From: a virus
Reading direction: 5' to 3' (one strand)
Virus record (IMG/VR): IMGVR_UViG_3300038466_000014
Length of the DNA stretch: 64,000 nt
Under the pieces are notes generated by a model. That model was not told the DNA's origin and ran no database searches. It saw only the letters and a program-made list of their open reading frames with translations. Numbering within the stretch: the stretch's first letter is position 1; every line of letters begins with the position of its first letter. Below, piece after piece: positions 9,182-19,635 of the stretch. Made by a program: the position numbers and the translations under genes.

Positions 9182-10190
9182 TCGTCTGTTCCTCTTTGTT
9201 TAAAATGGACAAGGCATAGTTTATATATAGTGGTTTGTTAGCATCATCCATTTTTGTTATATCCGCCCATTTCGACAATTGTTCGTCTATAGTCATCCCG
9301 CAATTAATTCCTCTCATTTCATATTGTTCTATAGAGGTGTCGATTACAATAATATCATTTTTATATTGATCTGGAATTTTTAGTTTTTTCGACGAGGTGT
9401 TTTTGATATAAACATAATGACCTTCGTTTCTAAGAAGATCGGCCTCTTTTAAAACAGTGTCAATATCAGAATCGTCTGAAACTTCTATCTCAACATATTT
9501 TCTATATCCTGTGGTTAGTACAGAGTCTACAGAAAAAGTATTTGTATCCACTACTAAAAACCTTTTATCTTCATTCTTTTCATCTCTTCTTAACTGGATA
9601 ATAGATCCACAATAGTATACGTTACCTAAATTCTGTGGTTTGTGGTAATGGCCGAGAAGGACAAGTTTGAATTTACTCAATTCTTTTAATCCTACCGGAG
9701 ATGAAATGGATATACCGGATGATAGTTGAGCATCGTTTACACCGAAATGGCTAATCAATATATCGTGTGACGGTAGGGCATTAACCACATCGTATATCTC
9801 ATGTGAAAAAGGAACCATTATAATATTATCCAAAACAAAATTTTCCGTTGTTACACATCTAACATTATTCGTACCATTTAAAAGTTCTATGGCTGAATAT
9901 TTATCTACTTTTTGAGTTGAGTCGTGATTTCCGTGAATGAAATAAAAATTTATATTATTATATTTTTCGATTATCTTCTTAAGTAGAACAAAACCTATAG
10001 TATATACTACATTCTTTGTATCGTTTGTATCTCCGGCGATAATAATCGTATTTATATTATTGGATGTGGCATACTCGCACATCTGATTAAAACACATGAG
10101 AATATCATTTAATTTTCTGGGTAGATTATTGATATAATGTTTATCATCCCATGATTTTAAATGAAGATCTCCACTAACAATTACCCGCAT
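9171..10190 (-). CDS. SbcD/Mre11/gp47-like nuclease
   Basis: GDLH, AGD, HGNHD, SHFG and GHYH metallophosphoesterase motifs; next to SbcC. Confidence 0.92.
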   Translation of the reverse strand: MRVIVSGDLHLKSWDDKHYINNLPRKLNDILMCFNQMCEYATSNNINTIIIAGDTNDTKNVVYTIGFVLLKKIIEKYNNINFYFIHGNHDSTQKVDKYSAIELLNGTNNVRCVTTENFVLDNIIMVPFSHEIYDVVNALPSHDILISHFGVNDAQLSSGISISSPVGLKELSKFKLVLLGHYHKPQNLGNVYYCGSIIQLRRDEKNEDKRFLVVDTNTFSVDSVLTTGYRKYVEIEVSDDSDIDTVLKEADLLRNEGHYVYIKNTSSKKLKIPDQYKNDIIVIDTSIEQYEMRGINCGMTIDEQLSKWADITKMDDANKPLYINYALSILNKEEQTNGE

Positions 10191-10214
10191 TGATAAACTC
10201 CTCTTGTGAAAATT

Positions 10215-10721
10215 TTATTCATCATGACCAGCTACACTGAAATTTGGAAATCTTTTTAATATGTATTGCCTAAAAAACAAAGAATATATTGTATTTGGAA
10301 GTACATAAGAAAGTATGTGTAGATTCGATGATGGATCTAAGTTATGTGCTTTTTTCCATTCCAATATATATTGTTTGCATAACCGGATAAAAAACTCCGG
10401 GGTATATTCAATATCTAAATATTCTACACTCATTAACTGAAGTGGATTGGGATATGGAGCGGTTAGAAAAGAATTATTAATAAATTTGTATTTAATCCAT
10501 GGGGTATACATCAAATTATGACTTTTAATGATATTTGACAAAATATCGAAATGTATATTTTTATAACCGTTATATGTATTTTCAACCTTTCCTGCTCGTT
10601 TGATCCACGAAATAAAAATTGATTTTTCATCATTCTCCATAGCAGATAAATCGAAATATTGTTCCGGATCATTTATAATGTTGTCATTTTCAAACCCAAC
10701 GTATATTAGTTTGGTAACCAT
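10215..10721 (-). CDS. hypothetical protein
   Basis: Minus-strand ORF in the gene train. Confidence 0.65.
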   Translation of the reverse strand: MVTKLIYVGFENDNIINDPEQYFDLSAMENDEKSIFISWIKRAGKVENTYNGYKNIHFDILSNIIKSHNLMYTPWIKYKFINNSFLTAPYPNPLQLMSVEYLDIEYTPEFFIRLCKQYILEWKKAHNLDPSSNLHILSYVLPNTIYSLFFRQYILKRFPNFSVAGHDE

Positions 10722-10758
10722 AGTTGTTGGCGGGGGATTACTCCCCCGCCTGTATTAT

Positions 10759-11373
10759 TTAACCAGTTGTCCGGGAACGCCGTGTTTTCGGCGCAATGTC
10801 GGCTGGTGTTTGTTTCTTTACGTATGATTTTCCACGGGTTGTATATGTTTTTTTAATCTTGTCATTCTCTTTTTTCATCCTACTCACCTCTTCCATCAAA
10901 ATTTCTTTCTGACGCTTCATTTCTTCATATTTTGCAAAATCTTTATGATTTCCAGTTCCGAACGTTAGACTATTCAAATAATTGGTTTTATTAACCCTCT
11001 GGCGCCGAGTCAAGAGCTTATACTGAGCGCAATTTAACTCATCATCACACCGTTTGGCCATATTGTGTACTTTGGCAATTTCAGGCGGAGCAAAATCCAC
11101 AATATCTCCAGATGTGAACTTTCGAAATCCGAATCCGCGTTCGCACCGGATAACAATATTGTACTCGTCCCGAAGGATTTTTTGTGCCCGTTTAACGATC
11201 TGATAACCTGTAGCGTCATGTACCCCGGAGGATACACAAATCTGCTGTGGGTTATACCCAATACAATCCCGGATATCACTATAAGTCATATAAGATCCAA
11301 ATTCTTTCGCGCGGAACGCTTCCACCAGTTTCAACGTAGAGTCCAAATGCTTGGTGTTTTTAAACCGAGGCAT
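10759..11373 (-). CDS. hypothetical basic protein
   Basis: Minus-strand ORF with a K/R-rich C-terminus. Confidence 0.7.
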   Translation of the reverse strand: MPRFKNTKHLDSTLKLVEAFRAKEFGSYMTYSDIRDCIGYNPQQICVSSGVHDATGYQIVKRAQKILRDEYNIVIRCERGFGFRKFTSGDIVDFAPPEIAKVHNMAKRCDDELNCAQYKLLTRRQRVNKTNYLNSLTFGTGNHKDFAKYEEMKRQKEILMEEVSRMKKENDKIKKTYTTRGKSYVKKQTPADIAPKTRRSRTTG

Positions 11374-11402
11374 AGTTTACCCTATGAGGGTATTAAACGT
11401 TT

Positions 11403-12119
11403 TTATGCAAACATGTACAGACCCGCTTCGATAAATTTCTCTTTTACCTTTTCCATTAATATCCGAATGTCGGGATGTGCCCTCTGTGAGCGACGTTCTT
11501 TGAAAATATGCATCCATTCACGAATATTAGCACTCATAACAATTTCGGCTTTAAGACATGTTGGTAATATATGTCTTGCAAATTGTGGGGATTTCCCTTT
11601 TGTAATTGAATCGAAATATGCTTCTTCTGCCGTTAATAACGAATTTATATTCATATACATATTATGACTATTTTCTACAGTATCTTTAATTTCCGAACCT
11701 GATACGATGATAATTCTATCGCTTTCAGGATCTTTTATATACATACCCTCAATCAAATGGTCGTCACTGGTCCAGTCTCTGCAACTCCATGGTAATATTA
11801 CGGTGATTGATTTTGAAAATTTATCTTTGCTGTAATTGCAATATCGGGTACTTTCCTGTGAATATGATACCAGTCTATGTCGTACAAGTTCATGGGTTAT
11901 CCCACGATCTGTTTTTATTTTTACCGTAATCGTATTATGCTCTACAACACTTAGATGCCCGGACGCAATAATCTTGTTTATAAAATCTTTATTAACATCT
12001 GTTCCAGTTCTATCTTCGGATCGATAACACGTTCTTCCGGCAATTTCGATAATTCGTAGAAATTCTTGAATCATAGATGGGGTTGTCAATAACTCCACAG
12101 ATGGGTATTCTACAAACAC
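11403..12119 (-). CDS. thyX: Flavin-dependent thymidylate synthase
   Basis: GHLSVVEH, RGITHELVRHRLVSYSQESTRY, and ARHILP motifs. Confidence 0.97.
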   Translation of the reverse strand: MFVEYPSVELLTTPSMIQEFLRIIEIAGRTCYRSEDRTGTDVNKDFINKIIASGHLSVVEHNTITVKIKTDRGITHELVRHRLVSYSQESTRYCNYSKDKFSKSITVILPWSCRDWTSDDHLIEGMYIKDPESDRIIIVSGSEIKDTVENSHNMYMNINSLLTAEEAYFDSITKGKSPQFARHILPTCLKAEIVMSANIREWMHIFKERRSQRAHPDIRILMEKVKEKFIEAGLYMFA

Positions 12120-12679
12120 GGAGTTTCCAGTATATTAATAAGGCGATTGTAAGTATTTGATTTTAATACTTCAAACGTATTATGAGAAAGAACTATTTCG
12201 ATCGGTGTATCAAACCCGAGCAGTTGTTTAAATCTATAAGATTCGGATTTTTCGAATCCAAAATCACAAATATGCTGATGCAACTCCCCCGTTCTCGGAA
12301 ACCTATATGCCAAAGATATAATAATATAATTTGATATGATTTTGGTTATTGTTTTAGAATAATTGAATTTATATCTAAAATCATTTAAGAATCTCTGTGT
12401 TCCGTAGTTTTGTATTAAAACTTCTACCGAGACAGGGCCTGGTTTCTTATAATTGGGAAAATATTTTTTCTTAAAACACCCAATACAATAATTTTTTTTA
12501 TCTTTTTTAATACACCCTTCTTCGTAGATTTCGTGGCCACATTCTGAACATACCATATCATAAGGCTTATATCTATCAGGAGTATCACTTTGTATTTCTA
12601 TTAAATGGTACAATTTTTTTCCTATCCTTATTCTTTGGCGGGTCTTCGTTTTCTTGAGAGACATCAGAGTAAAACTCAA
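12110..12679 (-). CDS. hypothetical protein with CxxC...CxxC zinc motif
   Basis: CSECG...CIGC; true start is probably downstream of the track start. Confidence 0.6.
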   Translation of the reverse strand: MSFTLMSLKKTKTRQRIRIGKKLYHLIEIQSDTPDRYKPYDMVCSECGHEIYEEGCIKKDKKNYCIGCFKKKYFPNYKKPGPVSVEVLIQNYGTQRFLNDFRYKFNYSKTITKIISNYIIISLAYRFPRTGELHQHICDFGFEKSESYRFKQLLGFDTPIEIVLSHNTFEVLKSNTYNRLINILETPCL

Positions 12680-12881
12680 TTATTCCGGAAGAGTACAATT
12701 TTGTTTTAGATACTAAAACGGTGCAATCCGGATCGGCGCTCTTGAAATGCCAGAACTCTTCTTTATCATCTTCAAGTATTTTTTTAATCGTGTTTACAAC
12801 TAAATTCATTGGTTCTTTAAATGTTAATACATATATAATATCATCGATATACACATACATAGTGGTAGTTTCTACCGACAT
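12585..12881 (-). CDS. hypothetical protein
   Basis: Minus-strand ORF. Confidence 0.55.
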   Translation of the reverse strand: MSVETTTMYVYIDDIIYVLTFKEPMNLVVNTIKKILEDDKEEFWHFKSADPDCTVLVSKTKLYSSGIIEFYSDVSQENEDPPKNKDRKKIVPFNRNTK

Positions 12882-12968
12882 AACAATTATTTTCCTCGCG
12901 GTTGATTGTTTAATGAAAAATATAAATATCTATATAATATCATATATAAACTAACCAACTAAAAAGTT

Positions 12969-13493
12969 TTAGTATGTCTTTTCATCGAGATTATGTTCCT
13001 TCTTTACCTGTTCCATCCACAAAGGGTATGAACATCCGGAATTTCTGTAATACTTCATGCATCTGGTCATAAAGTTAAGAACTGCCGTAAACGGAGTCAC
13101 CTCGGAATAGAACATATTCATATACTTTTCTTTTTCGTCGGATCCAGATCCGATATTATTAAGAATCTCTTCCTTCTTTAAAGCGCTCTTTTTTGACTTC
13201 GGATTCCGCAGATATACTTTTTTGTATACCGGAAGTCTTTCGTAAATCCTATCGATGTCCTGATAAATCATTTTTTCCACCCTCTGCAAGGCAATGTCGA
13301 AAGCTTTGTCCGGGTCATATTTATCTTTTTTATTCCAAAACGAAAATCCGATGCCCACAAAATCTTTTTTCCCGCCCTCGACTTTACTGGCTACCAAAAC
13401 ACCGACCTTTTTCCCTTGTTTATCATACAACCACTTGGAAATAAAATCCGGAGAATTGCTATTGTCTTTTTCGTTGTTTTCACGGATTGTCAT
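12969..13493 (-). CDS. hypothetical phage protein
   Basis: Minus-strand ORF with a GFSFWNKKDKYDPDKAFDIALQR segment. Confidence 0.7.
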   Translation of the reverse strand: MTIRENNEKDNSNSPDFISKWLYDKQGKKVGVLVASKVEGGKKDFVGIGFSFWNKKDKYDPDKAFDIALQRVEKMIYQDIDRIYERLPVYKKVYLRNPKSKKSALKKEEILNNIGSGSDEKEKYMNMFYSEVTPFTAVLNFMTRCMKYYRNSGCSYPLWMEQVKKEHNLDEKTY

Positions 13494-13509
13494 TTTCTAC
13501 CTCATTATA

Positions 13510-14259
13510 CTAAGGACGTTCCAGTTTTACACCTGCCCAAACACTAATCGGAATTATATTTGTAACTCCTATATTTGTCCCTAACTTAATGAACAATATC
13601 TCTTTTTCAGCATTATACCAAAATTCCATATCAAAGTTGTTCGTGTCGATATTAAAGGGTGCTATTGGAAAACTACAGTCTCCTTTAAGTTCGTTATAGT
13701 CCAGAGTGTTGATGGTTAGTAATGTACCGACTACCGATTGCACTTTTTCTTTCATCTCCAATTTTACAGATATTTTATCTTTTTCAAAAACGACTTTAAG
13801 ATATTCTGATTCCAGCCCGATCGACCAATTATTAATCCTTTCCAGTAATTGTTTTGAAACACTATATTTTGATACTCTTATACATTGTGTGGGATTGATT
13901 ATCTCATCAAGTTCTGTCTCTGTTATAAAATCGTTTATTACTTTATATGGTTTCTTAAACGATAATGCCGATGTGCCATCTGTAAAGATATACTCATCTT
14001 TGTCGATGTAAATATCAACATCCACCATTTGCTTTTTAAAAATAGTTAATAATTTTTCTTTAGACCCTATATTTGTCATTTTTATATTTGCGTCTCCGAG
14101 AACGCTTGTACAATCAATATCGAATACAGAATGTATCGTATTTGATCGTTGTCTGATATGACCGTTTTCTATTGATACATCTTTATTAGTTTTTGATAAA
14201 TAATTTAATACCTGAAGGAAAGTTTTTAATGATTCTTTCGTAAGTGGTATTTTTTTCAC
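13510..14259 (-). CDS. Probable sliding clamp (T4 gp45-like)
   Basis: Length 249 aa, N-terminus (LTKESLKTFLQVLNYLSKTNKDVSIENGHIRQRS) patterned like gp45, replication-gene context. Confidence 0.5.
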   Translation of the reverse strand: MKKIPLTKESLKTFLQVLNYLSKTNKDVSIENGHIRQRSNTIHSVFDIDCTSVLGDANIKMTNIGSKEKLLTIFKKQMVDVDIYIDKDEYIFTDGTSALSFKKPYKVINDFITETELDEIINPTQCIRVSKYSVSKQLLERINNWSIGLESEYLKVVFEKDKISVKLEMKEKVQSVVGTLLTINTLDYNELKGDCSFPIAPFNIDTNNFDMEFWYNAEKEILFIKLGTNIGVTNIIPISVWAGVKLERP

Positions 14260-14262
14260 AAT

Positions 14263-15693
14263 TTATCCCTCAAACCTAAATTCTTTTACTTCCCATTTTT
14301 TCTCTTGATAAAACAATTTTCTCTTAACTGCCATTCGATCGAATATAGATACTTTATAACCAAGATCTTTCGAATATACCAGTGGTCCGTCTGTATCTAC
14401 TATATCTAAAACATAGGGACATTTTTTATCCGAAAGCTCTCTAAGTATTCTTCCTATAGCCTGTTCTATATTTTTTGTTGGTGTAGTCATAATCAGAGTA
14501 TCTAATGTTTTTCTGTTGTTTCCATCTCTACAAGCATTATATGTAGACAAGACTATTCTGCGGTTTTTAAATGCGTCATCTAATCCATTATAATCAATAA
14601 ATTCGGATATTTCTTCCTTAATAGATTTTTTCCCTTTTTGTTTCTTTTCTACTGAAGGGATAAAAAATCCTATTTCATCCTTTGGTATTTCAAGAAGCCG
14701 TAACATTTCTATAAATGGTTTTATACGTATACCCAATAATAAAATATTTCTGTCTTTATCGTACAATTGTTTTGTATAATGAGCTATTCTTTTTAAATAA
14801 AGTTCAGATTTGTATAATTGTTGATAATATTTACCGTAACTAAATTGTCCACCATACGATAAATATTTTTTATGTGCGGAATATACCCCGAATGGAAAAT
14901 AGATCATGTATACTACTGGAGCCATTAATTCCCCCACTTCTGGAAGAAAGTATCTTATTTCCCCAAGATGATAGTTTAGTATATCAGTAGTTCCATCATC
15001 CCTATACGGGGTCGCACTTAACCCAAAAACCCGTTTAATCGGAATGTGCAATGAACAGTTACTAAACTTCTTAGATCCTACGGTTGCGTGGGCTTCATCG
15101 AAAAATGCAATTCCGATGTTTGCAGAATCCACACATTCTTTAAATCCCGGAACCGTTTTTAAAAAGCTACTGAACCCCTGAACCGTAGAAATTATGATCG
15201 GTTTATCTAATTGTTTTTTATAATGCTTCCTGGTCAGAAAGGGGATGTCTTCATCTTTAAGATTGGTAAACGTTAAAATCTCTTCTTTCCATTGTCTCCG
15301 CAGCTTATCTTTGTGAACAAAAATGATAGTCTTTTTCTTTAGTTTGGATATAGTGGCAATTGCGACAACCGTTTTTCCAGATCCTGGTTCTAATTTCAAA
15401 ATACCTGAATTGGACATCGTTAAAAAATCAATTGCGTTTTGTTGCCTTTCATTCTTAGGAACAATATGCGATTCAATATCTATATCCGCTCCATCTTCAC
15501 ACTTATCTATAACCATATCTCCTATAGGATAATTTCTTGGAATAAGAACGTCTCCGTTAGGCAGATCCTCATAATATTGTATCTGTATCATAGCGCCAGT
15601 AAAGGTTTTAATATTTTTATCCAAATGGCTTTTAATAATTTCTATATTTTCGTAATCTTTAGGAATAATTATTCCTGATGTTCTGATTAACAT
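14263..15693 (-). CDS. SF2 helicase, UvsW-like
   Basis: PGSGKT, FFDEAH, GLSATPYR and QAIGRILR motifs. Confidence 0.92.
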   Translation of the reverse strand: MLIRTSGIIIPKDYENIEIIKSHLDKNIKTFTGAMIQIQYYEDLPNGDVLIPRNYPIGDMVIDKCEDGADIDIESHIVPKNERQQNAIDFLTMSNSGILKLEPGSGKTVVAIATISKLKKKTIIFVHKDKLRRQWKEEILTFTNLKDEDIPFLTRKHYKKQLDKPIIISTVQGFSSFLKTVPGFKECVDSANIGIAFFDEAHATVGSKKFSNCSLHIPIKRVFGLSATPYRDDGTTDILNYHLGEIRYFLPEVGELMAPVVYMIYFPFGVYSAHKKYLSYGGQFSYGKYYQQLYKSELYLKRIAHYTKQLYDKDRNILLLGIRIKPFIEMLRLLEIPKDEIGFFIPSVEKKQKGKKSIKEEISEFIDYNGLDDAFKNRRIVLSTYNACRDGNNRKTLDTLIMTTPTKNIEQAIGRILRELSDKKCPYVLDIVDTDGPLVYSKDLGYKVSIFDRMAVKRKLFYQEKKWEVKEFRFEG

Positions 15694-15698
15694 AATGA

Positions 15699-15902
15699 TT
15701 ATTCCTTGAAAGGGATACCTAATTTTTCCGCTATTTGTTTAAGTGAAAAGTATGCGTATTCTCCATCTCTTCCAATTCTAACTTCTCCTCCTCTTACATG
15801 ATGTGGCCGAAACTTCTCTATAACCCTTGAGAATTTGAACATTTTATAATGTTCCTTCTCACCTTTCGTTCCCTTTCGTCTCCGGCTACGGTTTTTGTTC
15901 AT
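15699..15902 (-). CDS. small basic hypothetical protein
   Basis: Coupled between the topoisomerase A and helicase genes. Confidence 0.6.
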   Translation of the reverse strand: MNKNRSRRRKGTKGEKEHYKMFKFSRVIEKFRPHHVRGGEVRIGRDGEYAYFSLKQIAEKLGIPFKE

Positions 15903-17340
15903 TAGTATTCTTTGTTATAAATTTAAAAATTGTTTGATAGTCCGTAATACATTTATTCGTCATGGACACATCCGATTCTACTATTTGTTCTAATCTGGAT
16001 ACCTCATTGATGATATCGTTGGTATCTGTCCCTATAGACAATAATTGCTTTATACTATATTTTGCGCAAATTGTTTCAATTCTTTTTGGATCTATATTTG
16101 TTTTTTTACTCAATATATCTACTTTTTCCGAGAATGATAACTCCAATGTTAACGTTGATATATGAGGAATAATTAATCTAATTACCGCTATCTCATCTAT
16201 TTTCTTTTTAAATTCGTCTATTTTTTTAATAATATTAACCTTTTGAGCCTCTTTAAATTTAGAATACGCATTCATAAGCATTGTGTCCACTGGAGTTATC
16301 TCAACATTACTACTCTCGTTTACAGCATATATGTTATACAATAAAACAGATTCCAGAGAAGAAATGATAGCATTTTTCATCTTTGTGAATATCTCGTCAG
16401 TATTTCTCTGTTTCGCTACGGAAAATACAACTACAGTTTCGTCTATTCCGTTTCCGGTCCTATCTGCATAACCTATTTCATTATTACTCAATAAATTATA
16501 ATCGTTATATTTGTCTATTCTGGATAATAAAGTTTCGAACGTAAACCTCGGAGACCATCCATTAACTATTATTGTCTTATTATCTTCATCTATTGTATAT
16601 CTACCTCTTATCTTTATTTCGCCGGTTCCTTTCGTCAAAATCTTTTCAAATTCCCCATCTATAACATTACATCCAAAAACCATTGGTTTGATAATATATC
16701 CTTTATCTTTTCCTTTCAAAAGACTCATAAGCCGTATAATAAGATCTTTATGGGTATAACACGGGATGACAGATTTTATTCCGAATGCCGGTTTCGATTT
16801 CTCAAATTTGGATATTAGACAAAAAGGAATCATAGTTGGTAAATATATTGGCTCCTCTTTCATATTGTTATCTCCAGAATACCACGGAACGTCATTGATA
16901 TACTCCATGGATATTCTTTCGATAAATTCATTAGCTTTAACTTTGGTATATCTCATAGCAGCACATCCGGATGGGTTAGTACCTATACCGCTCCCCCAAA
17001 GTCCTGATCCATCTACAAAATTGTTCATTACCAGAGTATTAACAGTATCTTCAGATAATTGATGCGGATGCCATTTTGCCATTGTATCTCCAATAATAGC
17101 CGCAGTTCTTATATATTCGTTTTTACAATTATAATGACACGAAAGAAGCAGTCTCCTCTGAACGGGAATGAGACCATCCAAAGCGCTCGGGATCATCTTG
17201 GAGGTAATAACATACATTCCATATCCTTTATACTGCGATACAGCAAGGTCGATCATATTTATATCGTCAATCGATCCGGGAATCAAAGATAAGTTGTTTC
17301 CGTTCGTCTGATTTTTTGAAGAGTTGGATAAGTTTTCCAT
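15886..17340 (-). CDS. Type IIA topoisomerase, GyrA/ParC-like subunit (no CTD)
   Basis: DGLIPVQRRLL, WHPH and AAMRYT (catalytic RY). Confidence 0.92.
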   Translation of the reverse strand: MENLSNSSKNQTNGNNLSLIPGSIDDINMIDLAVSQYKGYGMYVITSKMIPSALDGLIPVQRRLLLSCHYNCKNEYIRTAAIIGDTMAKWHPHQLSEDTVNTLVMNNFVDGSGLWGSGIGTNPSGCAAMRYTKVKANEFIERISMEYINDVPWYSGDNNMKEEPIYLPTMIPFCLISKFEKSKPAFGIKSVIPCYTHKDLIIRLMSLLKGKDKGYIIKPMVFGCNVIDGEFEKILTKGTGEIKIRGRYTIDEDNKTIIVNGWSPRFTFETLLSRIDKYNDYNLLSNNEIGYADRTGNGIDETVVVFSVAKQRNTDEIFTKMKNAIISSLESVLLYNIYAVNESSNVEITPVDTMLMNAYSKFKEAQKVNIIKKIDEFKKKIDEIAVIRLIIPHISTLTLELSFSEKVDILSKKTNIDPKRIETICAKYSIKQLLSIGTDTNDIINEVSRLEQIVESDVSMTNKCITDYQTIFKFITKNTNEQKP

Positions 17341-19075
17341 AGTCTTCTGACCAACCTATTCTTTGAAGGATTCGTGACTTCTCGTCCAGAATGAAAGTTT
17401 TTAAATCTTTTGGATCGAACTCGCCTAATCCTTTAAACCTCAGAATTTTATATTTTGATTTAACCTTAAGAATTTCTTCTTCGTTCCATAGCGGTATAAA
17501 TTTTCCAGTTTTGTCTTTGTATCCGAAAAGAGGCGTTTTACATACATATATTTTTTTATGTTTAATGAGTTCTGGTAAAACAGTTACAAAAAACACTATT
17601 AGCAGCGATGAGATTAACCATCCTGCCGGATCCGCGTCTGTGGCTATAATGATTTTATCGTATCTAAGTTTGGATATATTGAACTCACTGCCAATACCTG
17701 TACCAATCGCGGCAATAAGATCTTTCACTTCTGTATTATTTAATAAATCCTGTCTCTTAGTCGCCGCCGCATTTGGAACAACTCCTCTTAACGGAAGTGC
17801 CGCGTGTTTTTTAGAATCTCTTTCATTTATCAGTCCGTTTATAGCCGAGTCACCTTCTCCTATAATGAGTTCTCCCCCCTCGCATTCACAATCCACAAGT
17901 TTTGTAAATTTGTTAAATAGGCGTTTCGAACTTCTTTTACCTGTGATCTTTTTCGAATCTTTTCCGGATTTATAAGCCTCTATATCAGTACATATTTTAT
18001 ATAACATTTCTTTATCATTTGCAAAATATTTTTTTATTTGTATTTCAACAACATTGAAAACAGAAAGGTCTGTTTTATTTCCCAAAGTAGTTTTGACCTG
18101 GGCTTTAAATGATGTATCTGTCAGCCTAAGATCCATGTAGCATCTAAGATGTGGAATTACGTCTTTACCTTCAAATGTGAATCCGAGTTTTTTAGAAGCA
18201 GATTCAAAATAATCTTTTATAATATTTATAAATTTTGTAATATGCGAACCCGATGATACAGAAATCATATTGACTATGGTTAAAAATTTAGGAGTGGGGG
18301 AAGACTCGTAGTCCCAAAAGAATTTTACCAATCCATAATCCGATTCGTAATTTGCGGAAATTCCTATACACCGATCTATTTCTTTTGAATCGTTTAAATT
18401 ATCCGCTAAAAAAGAATTTATGTTTCCACTAATCTCTTCGACACGGTTATCTATGATCAAATGTATATTCAAAGTAGGAAAATGCATTTTGAGTATAGTC
18501 AATCTGTTTTTAATGGAATCTACATTTACTTTTACATCATCGAATATAGACGGATCTGGAACTATAGTGATTCTGGTTGAGAATTTGTTATTTTGGTTTT
18601 TCTCATAGGCACGGCCTTCAAAATGTCCGTTTACAAATTTATATACGGCGGTCTTGGTTTTTTTCTGAATTTCTATCGATAAAAAAGTTGATAAAAAATT
18701 AACAACTGTTAGACCAACACCATGTTTTCCGGCAGCTATCTTATATGGACTATCATCAGATTTTTTATTAAATTTCCCAGATGTGTGCAATTCAGTACAT
18801 ACCAACACCGGAGAATCTTTTTCCGGCGGAAGTTTCATATTGTAAGGAAATCCCCTGGCGTTATCCGATACTGAATAAACACCATCTATAGTATTTAAGT
18901 TTATACACAGTTCTGTAGCGTATCCAGCCAATACTTCATCTATAGCATTATCCAATAATTCATCTATTAACTGTGTAGGATTTTCTATAGAACCTATATA
19001 CATCTCCGGATTTTTTCGTACTGTCTCGTACTCTGACAGTTTTATAATCTTATCGGTAGTATATTCGTTTGACAT
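17267..19075 (-). CDS. Type IIA topoisomerase, GyrB/ParE-like subunit
   Basis: ELLDNAIDE, DNARG, GKHGVG, EGDSA, PLRG, TDAD and RFKGLGE motifs. Confidence 0.95.
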   Translation of the reverse strand: MSNEYTTDKIIKLSEYETVRKNPEMYIGSIENPTQLIDELLDNAIDEVLAGYATELCINLNTIDGVYSVSDNARGFPYNMKLPPEKDSPVLVCTELHTSGKFNKKSDDSPYKIAAGKHGVGLTVVNFLSTFLSIEIQKKTKTAVYKFVNGHFEGRAYEKNQNNKFSTRITIVPDPSIFDDVKVNVDSIKNRLTILKMHFPTLNIHLIIDNRVEEISGNINSFLADNLNDSKEIDRCIGISANYESDYGLVKFFWDYESSPTPKFLTIVNMISVSSGSHITKFINIIKDYFESASKKLGFTFEGKDVIPHLRCYMDLRLTDTSFKAQVKTTLGNKTDLSVFNVVEIQIKKYFANDKEMLYKICTDIEAYKSGKDSKKITGKRSSKRLFNKFTKLVDCECEGGELIIGEGDSAINGLINERDSKKHAALPLRGVVPNAAATKRQDLLNNTEVKDLIAAIGTGIGSEFNISKLRYDKIIIATDADPAGWLISSLLIVFFVTVLPELIKHKKIYVCKTPLFGYKDKTGKFIPLWNEEEILKVKSKYKILRFKGLGEFDPKDLKTFILDEKSRILQRIGWSEDYGKLIQLFKKSDERKQLIFDSRID

Positions 19076-19118
19076 TTATTACACCCATAAAAACATTTGG
19101 GGTTGTATAAACAGACGA

Positions 19119-19163
19119 AAAGGCCGGGAGAGGTATCTTAATGACACCAGCCTCCCGGCCTTT
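19119..19163 (-). terminator. Intrinsic terminator
   Basis: AAAGGCCGGGAG...CTCCCGGCCTTTT stem followed by a U run on the minus strand. Confidence 0.65.
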
Positions 19164-19178
19164 ATTCTCCCGGAAATA

Positions 19179-19346
19179 TTATTTCTTCCGGGTGAGTTTC
19201 CTTATAATCGTATCGATGGCTTTTCCAGGCGTGTAAATCTCAATACCCGCCTTTTCCAGCATGGACACCGTACAGGGGCAATCAATTCCTCCACATCCAA
19301 GTCTGGACACAATCGCATACTCTTGCATAGACCGTGATAAGCTCAA
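19179..19346 (-). CDS. small Cys-containing protein (55 aa, TTG start)
   Basis: AAGGAGGTGA SD then TTG; MSLSRSMQEYAIVSRLGCGGIDCPCTVSMLEKAGIEIYTPGKAIDTIIRKLTRKK; not in the ORF track. Confidence 0.55.
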   Translation of the reverse strand: MSLSRSMQEYAIVSRLGCGGIDCPCTVSMLEKAGIEIYTPGKAIDTIIRKLTRKK

Positions 19347-19365
19347 CGCGAATCACCTCCTTCCT

Positions 19366-19617
19366 TTAAAGAATAATGGAAGTCTTTGCATCCTCGATTT
19401 CCGACAGTGTTTTCATGAGGGGTTTCCCGCATTTCATACAAATCAAATCCGCCGGAAGAGTCGCAAGTCTTTCATGCCCTTCGGACATCGGATGTGTTGC
19501 CGGAACTTTCTTGACGACAACCCCCTGTGCAAAAAGCTTACACCCACACCCACACCCAACATCTTCAAGATCGTCAGGATTTACAGAGATGCTCTGCTGC
19601 TGCACACGACCAGTCAT
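19366..19617 (-). CDS. small zinc-ribbon protein
   Basis: CGCG...CMKCG; GGAGG SD. Confidence 0.7.
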   Translation of the reverse strand: MTGRVQQQSISVNPDDLEDVGCGCGCKLFAQGVVVKKVPATHPMSEGHERLATLPADLICMKCGKPLMKTLSEIEDAKTSIIL

Positions 19618-19635
19618 TTATACCCCTCCCTGCGT

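Noticed and set aside
19179-19346. NifB/NifX-like assignment for the small Cys protein
   Set aside because: The resemblance is limited to LEKAGIEIY; too short to support.
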